The position numbers were made by a program, and so were the translations under genes. Below are positions 29,773-42,098 of a stretch of 64,000 bases of DNA, piece after piece (positions within the stretch are counted from its first letter, which is position 1; each line of letters begins with the position of its first letter). Origin of the DNA: Neocallimastix sp. 'constans' (taxonomy: Eukaryota); assembly GCA_050613775.1 (NCBI GenBank), contig JBODTK010000128.1, positions 186,001 through 250,000 of the forward strand, written 5' to 3'. The notes under the pieces are model-generated. The model was not told where the DNA came from. It saw only the letters and a list, made by a program, of their open reading frames with translations, and made no database searches.

Positions 29773-29834
<62 letters not shown>

Positions 29835-29888
29835 TGTTGTTATTAATTCAAAAAAAAAAAAAAAAAAAAAAAAATATATATATGTATA

Positions 29889-29920
<32 letters not shown>

Positions 29921-30682
29921 AAAATAAAACTGTAAAAATAATTATACTAATACTACTAATAATAATAATAAATAACTTTGGATTTTTTATTTCAACAACA
30001 ACAATAATAATAATAAATAAATAACTAAATTATTATTATTATTATTATTATTATTATTTTTTTTTTTTTTTTTTAAATATTAGCACCAAAAAATGTTTCA
30101 AGAACTTGGTGTTATGAAACCTCTGTTGCCGTTGGTGTAGATTTACCAGAAACCTTACCATATAATGATTATTTTGAATATTTTGGACCTGAATATTTAA
30201 TTCATGTTAGACCTACCAATGCTGAAAATAAGAATACCAGAGAATATTTAGATAAAACCACCGTTCATATACTAGAAAATCTTAGAAATATTAGTCATGC
30301 TCCAAGTGTTCAAATGCAAGAAGTTCCTGTTGATCATTTTTCAGATGAAGAAGATGATTTAGAAGATGATTTAGACGATCGTCAATCCAGAGTATATCAT
30401 GATACCCATGTAGCCTATGATAATGAAATAGATCCTTCGGATGATGAAAGTCGAGCCCATCCCTCGAATAAGCGTAGAAGAAGAAATCGTAGAAATCATC
30501 GTAATTCTCCCAACCCTGAATCTAAATCCGAAAGAACCACTCGACAATCAGCTACTGCCGCAGCGACGACCAATTCCTCTGCAAAGGAAGATTTTGGATT
30601 TAAGGATGAAAGACGTGATAAAGAAACGGTTGTTCCATTTACCGCTTTTTCCTCTAAAAATGAATCTAAATCTGAGAAATAA
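27152..30682 (+). CDS. RPD3: Class I histone deacetylase (Rpd3/Clr6/HDAC1-like), ~500 aa; exons 27152-27223, 27691-27705, 27913-28261, 28547-28657, 28832-29016, 29310-29481, 30084-30682
   Basis: Spliced translation [18 protein letters not shown]...[79 protein letters not shown], then an acidic/basic tail. All six introns are GT..AG with consistent phases. The exact paralog within class I is uncertain. Confidence 0.93.
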
Positions 30683-30721
30683 ATCATCAAATCCAAAAAA
30701 AAAAATTTAAAATAATAATTT

Positions 30722-30754
<33 letters not shown>

Positions 30755-32352
30755 TATACATATATACATATACATATATATATAAATATAAAATATAATA
30801 TATAAAATATAAAATATATATAAATAATAGTAATAATAATATTATTATTAATAATAATAAAAAGAAAGAAATTTATGGTAGTAGTAATCATAAAATAAAA
30901 TAAAATAAATTAAAAGAGTAAATGATATTAATAATTATGATAAAGAAAAAAAAAAAAAATAGTAATAATAATAATGATGATATTACTATTATTATTATTA
31001 TTATAATTATTTTAATTTTTTAATTATTTAATTCATATTTTTATATATTATATTTAATTATATTTAATTATATATTATAATTTAAAAGGAAAATTAAAAT
31101 AAAAATAAAATAAAAAAAATAAAAAAAAAAAAAAATTTTTTTTTATGGTATATTGTAATTTATGTTTTTCTTCATTTTTTTTTTTTTTTTCATTTTCTAT
31201 TTTTAAAATAATAATAAAAAAATAAAATGTAATATTTATAGGATTAATATTTCTTTTTAAAGTAAAAAAGATATTATATATATATATATAAATTAAAAAA
31301 AAAAAAAATTAAAAAATATATATGTATATATTATAATTTTTATCCTATTATAAGTTTTTTTTTTTATTTTTTTATTATTTTATTTTTTTTTTTTTTTTAA
31401 AATATAATTTTTAAGTTTTTGTTCCTATTCAAGATTTAAATAGATTTATTAAACATCATAAAGAAAAACTAAATATTATTTATTTATTTATTTATTATAT
31501 TTTTAATTTAATTTATCCCTCTTTCATATCAAATATATTTTTAAATAATGAAATATATATATATAATTATTTTATTATTATTGCTTTTATTGTTAATAAA
31601 AAAATTTTTTTTTTTTATATTTATACTAATAAATAATAGATAGCAAAACAAAACCACTATTAATATCTTTATATACAATAATAATAATAATAAATGATAC
31701 CAAAAAATACATATCTATTATAATTCTTTAAAAATAAAACAGAATTAATATATACAATAATAATAATAATAAATGATACCAAAAAATACATATCTATTAT
31801 AATTCTTTAAAAATAAAACAGAATTAAAATAAGTTAAAATTATTATTATACTTTTAATTTTATATATATTGAAAAATTTTTTTTTTTAAGATTAATAGAT
31901 AATAATAAAAAAAAAAAAAAAAAAAAAAATTATGGATATCTATTTTATCTTTTTTTTTTTTGTTTGTTTGTTTGTTTGTTTTGCTTTTTTTTATTACAAT
32001 TATTATTTTTATTTGATAGGTTATTTTGGTATATTATTATTTTATTATTTTTATTATCACAATTATTATAATTTAAATTAAATATCAATAAGAAAAAAAA
32101 AAAAAAATAGTTTGCTTTTTTTTATTACAATTATTATTTTTATTTGATAGGTTATTTTGGTATATTATTATTTTATTATTTATATTATAACAATTATTAT
32201 TATTTAAATTAAATATAAATAAGAGAAAAAAAAAGTTTACAATTTGCTATATTTATAATAAGTATGTTTTATGCTTATTTTTTTTTTTTTTTTTTTTTTT
32301 TTTAGTTTGGTATATATATATAATTGTTATAACTTTTAAATGCTAAGTTACT

Positions 32353-32445
32353 TCATGGAAAAGAAATGGTTTTCTTGCTAGACAAGCTTGGAGGCACATA
32401 AGCGAGGAAAGGCTGGCAATGACCACTTGCAAGATGAGTTGGCAT
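32353..32445 (-). other. GC-rich island with a 30-codon ORF (MPTHLASGHCQPFLAYVPPSLSSKKTISFP*) just downstream of YPI1; small protein or structured RNA element
   Basis: ATG 32445-32443 with A at -3, TGA 32355-32353. The compositional island coincides closely with the ORF. No family recognised. Confidence 0.35.
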
Positions 32446-32488
32446 GATTTAAATAATAATAATTTATATATATATATATATAAATTAA

Positions 32489-32661
32489 TTATTTGTGTTT
32501 GCATCCTCCATTATGACTATGTTGTGAACGAGGTTTGTATTTTGGTTGAATTTCATAAGCATTTGGTTTATCATCATCATCATCGGATGAAGAGCAAGAA
32601 GAGTCTGACGAAGAAGATGAGTCATCCCAATTTCTTTGTCTAGTATAAATACAACAAACTA

Positions 32662-32698
<37 letters not shown>

Positions 32699-33239
32699 TT
32701 GTAATTAATATTATTGTGTTTAATAAATATTTTTTTTTTTAAAAAAAAAAGAGAATTTATATTATAATATATATATGATTATAGAATTGAAATTAAAAAA
32801 AAAAAATAATAAAATAAAATAAAATGAAATGTTAATTTATAATTAATAATAAAAATTTTTAAAAGTAAAAATATATATATAGTATTATAATTTTATATTA
32901 TACACAAATATATATATTCTATATTTATATATATTTTATCTCTATAAATATTCTTATTTTTTTAAAATTTATATAATTAATATATATAATAATTCTTAAT
33001 AAATATTTAAAATATATATATATATAATTTTCAAACTTTTAATTACTTTTCGACTTCTTTCTTCCTAAACCTTCATTATCAATTGTGTCTTCTGTCCAAT
33101 GAACGTTTTGGTTATTTATATTTCTACCATGGAGATGTAAAGTACCAGCAACATTAATTGGTGGTACAACTTCTTCTTCTTCAATTACTTCAGTAATTGT
33201 TTGATTGTTTTCAACTGGTTCTCTTGTTACTTCAGCCAT
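32489..33239 (-). CDS. YPI1: Protein phosphatase 1 inhibitor-3 (Ypi1/PPP1R11), ~120 aa; exons 33239-33047, 32658-32489
   Basis: RVxF-type site NVHW followed by TEDTIDNEGLGRKKSK|ICCIY, a Ser/Asp-rich tract and PNAYEIQP. Phase-1 GT..AG intron. Confidence 0.92.
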
Positions 33240-34256
33240 TTTTTTTTTTTTAATTTATTTTTTTAAAATATTTTTAATTTTTTTTTTTTTTTTTTATTTT
33301 ATAAAGAAAAAAAAAGGTATCTTTTGAAATTTTATTTATTTTATTTGTTTTTTAAACTTATTATTATATTATTATATATATATATATTTGTATATTGTTG
33401 GTATAATAAAAATTATCAATAATATATTTTTTATTAAAAGTTATGAGAAAAACTCTAAATTTTGATTCTTTTTGCATTTTTTTTTTTTAATGAATAAAAA
33501 TATAATATAATATTAATATATATATGTTGAGAAAAAATTATTATTATATATATATATTTGTTTTTTTTTAAAAAAAAAAAAAGATATAATATATTAGTTA
33601 AAATTTCAAATTCAAATTCAAATTCAATTTAATATAATATATTATATGTATTTCAAAGTATTCAATACTTACATTATTATTGAATTATTATTATAACTAT
33701 TATTTTTTGAAGGGGATATATATAATATTTCTTGACGTGTATTCTCTTCTAATAATAATATTTTATTTTAAATTTAATTTTTAAAATTTTTTTTTTCTTT
33801 TCAAATAGAAGAAGGTATTATTTAATAAAAGAAAAGAGAAAAAAGAAAAAAAAAAAAAATTGAAAATAAAAATATCTTTATTTAATATAAAATAATATAT
33901 GCCAATAAACTTTAAATTCTTAATTTCAAAGTTTCTAAAATTAGTATCATCCTCATTATTAAATAAAATAAAATAAAATAAAATATAATAAAATATAATA
34001 TTATAATATAATAAAATAAAAATTTTTTTTAATATATTAAATAAATAATATTTCAAATAATAAACAATTAATTTAGTAGTAATATAGAATAAAAATTAGT
34101 AATTTATTATTGAAAAATATTAATATAAAAAAAAAATATATATATATATATAAAAATAAAAAATTTATATATATACTATTATTATTATTATTATTTTATT
34201 TTATTTTTATTTTATTTTTATTTTATTTTTATTTTATTTATTTTTTACTTCTCTCT

Positions 34257-34301
<45 letters not shown>

Positions 34302-34974
34302 TACTTTTATCATATCTTTAATATATTTATTTTCAATGAATATTAAATTGGATTTTTTTTTTAATATTTAATAATTTATGTTATATTTAATATTTATCAA
34401 ATTTATATTTATATTTAATATCTATATAAAAATTATATAAAAATATAAAAATATATATTTTAATTTTAATTATATATATTTTATTATATTTTTTACTTCT
34501 CTCTCTTCCAAATTTTATTAATAGTATATAATTTAATTTTTTTATTAATTAGCATTTATTATTTATTATTAATTATTACTAAAATAAGCCATAAATATAA
34601 ACTACTTTTTTTTATTTTATTTTTATTTTCTTTTATTTTTATTTTTTTTTTAATTTATTACAAATTTTGGAAATCTTTGGAACATTATAATGAAGAGAAA
34701 TTGTTTCTATATATTATTAATATATAATAATATTATAAATATATATTACTTTACTTCACCCACATGTCAAACATAATATAAATAGATAAATATTTTTATT
34801 AAATTATTTTTTATAGACATTTACTTTTTCACCATATCACATGATTTAATCAGCCACAATAACCAATAAATTATACATGAACTTTTTTATTTATATTAAA
34901 GAAGATAAACAGAGTATATTTATATCTTTCCAGGTGAAGAATTTAATACTAATTAGTTATAATTTTATATAATA

Positions 34975-35070
34975 AATGAATAAATAAATAATAAATAATA
35001 AATAATAAATAATAAATAATAAATAATAAATAATAAATAATAAATAATAAAAAATAAATAATAAATAATA
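34975..35070. repeat. (AATAAAT)n heptamer array
   Basis: Directly visible. Confidence 0.9.
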
Positions 35071-35882
35071 ATAAGAAATAATAAATATAAAAATAATTTT
35101 ATGAATATTAATATAATTGTTATATATATATTGAATTATGTTAATCTGGTAAAAAATATTTATAAAATGAAAGTAAAAACGTTAAGCAAAAAGAAAAAAT
35201 TTTTGCTTTATTTTATTTTAATCCGCATTATAAATTTTAATTTTTCTTTAAAAAAATTATTTAAATTTTAAAAATTATATTCCATATTTTATAGAATAAA
35301 ATAAAGAATAAAAATGAATAAAAATAAAAAAAAACTTTCAATATCTAACAAATTTTGAATAATAAAAAAATATATTTACTGTTTTATTAATAAAATAAAA
35401 TAAAAAAAAATAAAAGATTATTAAATAAATTTATATATAAATATTAATATTAATAATTTTAAAATAGATATAAAATCAATGCTAAATACTAATATTTTTA
35501 TATTCAATTTAAAAAATAAAAAAATATTTAAATATAGATTATAATAATTTAATTTATGGAATTAGTTATATATAAATTTAAATTTACTTAAAAATATAGC
35601 TTTTATTATAAAAAAAAATATTTAAATATAGATTATAATAATTTAATTTATGGAATTAGTTATATATAAATTTAAATTTACTTAAAAATATAGCTTTTAT
35701 TATAAGTAGATATTTAAATTATATATTAAAATTAATAATATCACAATATTAATATTAGGAATAGGAATAGAAACCGATAATACAATAATACTATTTAAAA
35801 AAACTAATTATTAAGATTTCAAAATCTTAATAATTTTAAAGTTTTCTTATTTTCATAATTATTTTTTATTTTATTTTATTTT

Positions 35883-36135
35883 ATTCAATTTGTACTTTAT
35901 ATTGAATTTTCAACTATATATTTTATTATATTTAATTCAATCTGTACTTTATATTGAATTTTCTACTATTTATTTTATTATATTTAATTCAATCTGTACT
36001 TTATATTGAATTTTCTACTATTTATTTTATTATATTTAATTCAATCTGTACTTTATATTGAATTTTCTACTATTTATTTTAATATATTTAATTCAATCTG
36101 TACTTTATATTGAATTTTCTACTATTTATTTTATT
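35883..36135. repeat. 52-bp minisatellite, ~5 copies
   Basis: GTACTTTATATTGAATTTT recurs at 35892, 35944, 35996, 36048 and 36100. Confidence 0.93.
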
Positions 36136-36149
36136 TTATTTTATTTTAT

Positions 36150-36460
36150 TTTATTTTTATTAATACTTAATTCTTTTATATTACTTCACTATTTATTTTA
36201 TTTTATTTTTATTAATACTTAATTCTTTTATATTACTTCACTATTTATTTTATTTTTATTAATACTTTATTCTTTTATATTACTTCACTATTTATTTTAT
36301 TTTTATTAATACTTAGTTCTTTTATATTACTTCACTATTTATTTTATTTTATTTTTATTAATACTTGATTCTTTTATATTACTTCACTATTTATTTTATT
36401 TTATTTTATTTTTATTAATACTTTATTCTTTTATATTATTTCACTGTTTATTTTATTTTA
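36150..36460. repeat. 47-57-bp minisatellite, ~6 copies
   Basis: AATACTTnnTTCTTTTATATTA(C/T)TTCACT recurs at 36162, 36214, 36261, 36308, 36360 and 36417; the period varies by ATTTT units. Confidence 0.92.
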
Positions 36461-36654
36461 TTTTATTTTATTCCATTTTTTTTAATTTAATCTGAATTTT
36501 ATATTCATATTTATATTCTACTATTTATTTTATTTTATTTTATTTTTTGCATCAATATTTTCACAGGAGTATAATTTTTATACAATCATATTAATAATTA
36601 CTAATTTAAAAACTTATCCAAAGAATTAATAACAAAAAGAGTATTTATTACTGA

Positions 36655-36908
36655 ATAAATAATAAATAATAAATAATTAAATAATAACTAATAAATAATA
36701 AATAATAAATAATAAATAATTGAATAATAAATAATTGAATAATAAATAATTAATAATAAATAATTGAATAATAAATAATAAATAATAATTAATTAATAAT
36801 TGAATAATAAATAATAAATAATAAATAATAAATTATAAATAATAAAAAAAAATAAATAAATAATAAATAATAAATAATAAATAATAAATAATTAAATAAT
36901 AAATAATG
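36655..36908. repeat. Degenerate (AATAAAT)n heptamer array
   Basis: Directly visible, with AATTGAAT variants. Confidence 0.9.
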
Positions 36909-37711
36909 AATTAATAAAATCTTTGTACAATGAATTCATGAATAATATGAAATAATATTATTATAATGTCAAGGTCATATAACACTAAAAATAAATAAAA
37001 AAAAAAAGTTTTAAATCATATGAATATAACATTCTTTGATCATTGAATCCCAATATTTAAATTATTTAATAAAATTGAATCCTGCCATAAATTATTAAAC
37101 TTTATCATGAATTTTTCTTATATCTTTTATTATTATTTTATTATTTAATTATTTTATTATTTGCTATTTATTAGTATTTATTATTTATTTATCTATAAAA
37201 AAAATGGATGATCTTTAACCAATAAACATAATCAACATAATAAACCAATAATAAAAATTAAAGGTAATATGGAAAATTTTTTAAAAAAATAAAAAAGAAA
37301 AAACATAAAAAAAATTTCATATAACTAATTTAATTTTTATTAAATAATATAATAATATATAGCTATTATGCATAGGTGAATACTTCATTAGTTCATAATT
37401 AAAAAATTTTATTAAAAACTGTTTCAATAAACAAATAAAAAAATTTTATTAAAAACTGTTTCAATAAACAAATAAAAGTACACCTCCTAATCATTAATAA
37501 TTATTTTTATGGTCAATTGACGTATTCTTATGAAACATATATAAACTATTATTATTATTATTATTATTAAAAAGTTTATATAAAAAAAATTTTAAATAAA
37601 CCATTTTTTTTCCTCTTGGTTACACAAATTGAAATCTAATACGGAATCTATAAATTATTTTATTTTATTTTATTAAAGTTATTACATTGTAATTGTAATC
37701 CATATTTACTA

Positions 37712-37742
<31 letters not shown>

Positions 37743-37934
37743 GTTAAAAAATAAAAGAAATTATTAAGTAACAGCACAAACAAATGACTATGAATGACTC
37801 TATATATAATATATGATTTTTATTAAATAGAAAAATAAAATACTGTAAAATAATATATATATAAAATAATAAAATAAAAATATACAGAATACTCTATAAA
37901 ATTATATCAAATTTAAATTTTTTTACGCAGTAAA

Positions 37935-38065
37935 GTTTCTTTGCTTATGGGGAGTTGAGAGCGCCGACGCCGTACTGGTATGATAGTTAATCATACACCC
38001 ATATTACTATATGGGGAAGACCAAAGTCTTCAGTCTATAAAAAAAAAAAAAAAAAAAAAAAAAAA
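37935..38065 (+). mobile_element. Short poly(A)-tailed retroposed insertion (SINE-like, or an extreme 5'-truncated LINE end) with a 13-bp target-site duplication
   Basis: TTTACGCAGTAAA occurs at 37922-37934 and 38066-38078, flanking a GC-rich 104-bp body plus A27 (38039-38065). The body contains three perfect hairpins. Confidence 0.8.
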
Positions 38066-38932
38066 TTTACGCAGTAAATAATTATTTCCATAAACAGATT
38101 ACTATTATAATTATTATTATTTTTTTTTTTTTACTGCTTTTTTTTTTTTTTTTTTTATATTATTAAATATTTTTACCCCTCCAAAAAAAAAAAAAAAAAA
38201 AAAAAAACTAATATTGTATTACTAAATTCGGCTTAATATATTAAATAAAGTTTTAAAATAAAATTATCTTAAAAGTTATATAATTTTAATTATCTATAAA
38301 TAATTTTAAATTTTTTTATTCTATTTTATTTTATTTTATTTTTATTAATACTTCACTCTTTTATACTATTTTATTATTTTATTTTATTATTTATTTTATA
38401 TACTAATTATTTTATAAATTAACAACAACTCTTAAATATTCTTTTTTATTTTCTTCTTCTATAATAATATAAAAAAATTAAAATTAAGGATATATTACAG
38501 AAATCATTGAAATAAAAATATATGTATACTTTTTTTAATTCAATGATTTATAGTATTATTATGATTAATTATTCATTAACAATTTATAAATAAAAAGCAA
38601 TATTTTTTTTTTTTTAAATATCATTAAAAATTTCTCCTAAATATATGAAATTAAGATAATTTGATTTATTATTGATTTACTACTTAATTAATTGATAATG
38701 AAATTTGAATTAACTAAAAATAATTTTCATCAATATTTAATATTTATACTATATTTCATCAAGAAAAAACCTTTTTTTTTTTTTTTTTTAATGTTTAATT
38801 CATGATTTAATTTGTTGAAATTAATGAAATAAATATATAAATAAATAAAATAAAATAAAATAAATAAATAAAAAAACAGTATATTTATAAAAAATTTAAA
38901 CTAAATTTATAATAAAATAATATTTAAATTAA

Positions 38933-38990
<58 letters not shown>

Positions 38991-40752
38991 TTAATGTGTA
39001 AAAAGAAAGAAGGTTTAAATAGTAAAAAGTAAATTTTATATTGTAATTATTCATTGTTTAAAATTGTAAATATAAAGTTTTTATTGGCAATTATAATGCT
39101 AGTAAAAATAAAAATAAAAAATAAAGCATGTACAACTATAAATAAGAATTGAGATAGTACAGTATCTAAAGATTTAATTTAAACAAATACCAAGATAATA
39201 ATAAAAAAAAATAAAAAATAAAAAATAAAAAATAACAAATAGAAGATATATTATAATATATATTAAATTTGAAATTACATGAAAGCAAAAAAAAATATAC
39301 TTAATGTTATATATATATTTATTTTATAATATTCATATTATATATATTCCAAAATAAAATTTTCTTTATTAAAAAAAAAAAGGTAAAAAAATAAATTCTA
39401 TGTTTACTTATTTTTTTCTTAACTTTATTATTATTGATACTATTTTAAAGAAAAATTAGAGAATGGTATTAAAAAAATTAATGAATTATTTAAAATATAT
39501 TATATTTAATATTAATAAAAAGGAATAATAATATTAGAATAAATGTGATTTATTAATAAAAAAAAAAAAAAAAACATCAAAATGCACTTTGAATAAAATA
39601 TATAATATTAATAATAATAAAAAATTATTATTGATATTACATATACTTTATTCATACTATATTTAACCATTAATACTTAAGAGATCATTATTTTAGAAAA
39701 GGTCTTGTGACATGAAAAAATTTATTACTATTATTAATAAAATTTTTTAAAATATTATTTCTTTATTAGTTTTTTATAATAATAATATAAACATATTTAT
39801 ATTAAAAGTATTAATATTTAATATTTAATATTTAATATTTAATATTTAATATTTAATATTTAATATTTAATATTTATTATTAAAGATAAAAAATAAAACA
39901 TGAATTAAAGAATCCAACCCATGATTTCAAAATTTTTATGGTTTAAAAAATTGATTTGGTTCATTAGAATACTATATGCTTTCATATATATTCCTTTACA
40001 CTCTAATATATTACATATTGAATATTTTATTTATTTATTTTTTTTTATGCGGTAAATTCATTAATTTAAAAATTTATATATGTCAATATTAATTTTATAT
40101 TTAGTTGAATTATATTTGAAATAATATATTAAAATATATTATATTTACATTAGTAATATATTATTTCTATTTATAAATATAAATTTATTATATTATAATA
40201 TATTTATTATATATGTAAAATATATTAAAAAATAGTTTTATTGAAATTTTTATTTTTATAATTCATTTATAAATTGTTTAATTAATATAATTTATTATTC
40301 TAAATATATTCCAGTGGACTGCAATCTATTAAAAGTATTAATTAAAAATGGTTACAATGAATATTCATGAGATAATAAAAAAATAATTAAAAAAAAAATA
40401 AGAAATTTAATAATAAAATTTTTTATTAATAGTTTATATATAATATTATATTATATTATATAATAACACTTTAAAAAGAAGATCTAATTATGAATATAAA
40501 TTTTCATTTCATTATTTATTATAATTGTTTAACAGATTTAATTATTATTTTTTAATTATTTATTTTATTATTTATTATTTCATTATTTATAACAAAAATT
40601 TTATTTTTTCATTATAATAAATTTTGTTTAATATATTTTTCTATTATTTAAAATTTTTTTTATCCAATATTATAAATTAATTATAATATAAAATAGATGA
40701 ACTATTTGAATTATAAAAAAATATATATAAAAATTAAAAGTATAAAATATGA

Positions 40753-40975
<223 letters not shown>

Positions 40976-42098
40976 GAATTAAAAAAAATATAAAATTTTA
41001 TCTTATTAAATTTTATATATATTATTATTACTTATTTAATATATATTGCAATATATTATAATACAAATCAATGAAGTCAACAATACAAATAAAAGAATTC
41101 ATTTGATTTCATTTTTTAATAATCTTAATTTGATTTTTTTCCTTTTATTATAGAAGTATATAAAATAAAAATTAATTCTTTACTAAATTTTTTTTTTTAT
41201 TATTATTATTATTTCATTTTTATTATTTTATAAGATATATAAAAGAGAAAAATACTATTATTTTTCTAAAAGAACTTGTTTTTAAAAAAAAATTACTATA
41301 TTTATAAATTATACCTTTAAGGAAATATCAATATTAACAAATATATATATATATTAACAATAAAATAAAAGAAAAAAAATAATAAATAAATTGTAATATC
41401 ATTCTATTAAAAAAAAAAAACAATTTTATGGAAAAAAAAAATAAATCAATAAAAAGTATCAATATATAATATTGAATAAAAACTAAAAGTTAATAAATAT
41501 GTTAAAAAGATAATATTATAACTTTCAAAAAAAAATATATATTTAGACAAAAAAAAAAAAAAAAAAAATTGAAAATTAAAAATTGAAAATTTCAATTTAA
41601 TTAAAATATAAAAATAAAATTATAATCATATTAAAAGCATTCACAAACTATGTAAATAATATACATATATATATATATTTTTTTTAAAAAAAAAAAAAAG
41701 ATAAAATCTATTATACCAACAAAATAAATATAATTAAAATAATTAAAATTATAATATTAAAATAAATTTAAACTTTAAACTTTTGTAATATATATTTTAA
41801 ATTCGAATTACATTAAAAGTAAGTTTCAAAAAAAAAAAAAAAAAAAAAAAAAAATTACGTTAAAAATTATAAATTACTAAAATGAAAAGTTATATAAGAA
41901 AATATAAATATTATTAATATAAATTAAACAAATTATAAAATAAATTACATTATCATTCCAAAAATAAAAATCTAATTTCTTTTATATATATATATTTATT
42001 TTAAAAATCATTCCAAAAATAAAAATCTAATTTCTTTTATATATATATATTTATTTTAAAAATCAAATTAACAGATTTAATATAAATATTTATCAAAA

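Noticed and set aside
32340..32450. SECIS element, TPP riboswitch or C/D snoRNA in the YPI1 3' region
   Set aside because: YPI1 has no in-frame TGA, and no SECIS quartet, TPP CTGAGA core or paired C/D boxes were seen.
32419..32643. Plus-strand 74-aa ORF
   Set aside because: Antisense to YPI1 exon 2 and runs through an (AT)n tract.
35883..36460. CRISPR-like array
   Set aside because: Units are whole tandem repeats without unique spacers; eukaryotic context and no cas genes.
37974..38034. tRNA gene (cloverleaf shape)
   Set aside because: No TTC-containing T-loop, no D-loop GG, no 7-nt anticodon loop and no 7-bp acceptor stem.
37925..38036. Hammerhead ribozyme on the minus strand (CTGAAGA ... 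GAAAC)
   Set aside because: Stem II would not close canonically, there is no stem III with a UH cleavage site or stem I partner, and the poly(A) indicates + orientation.
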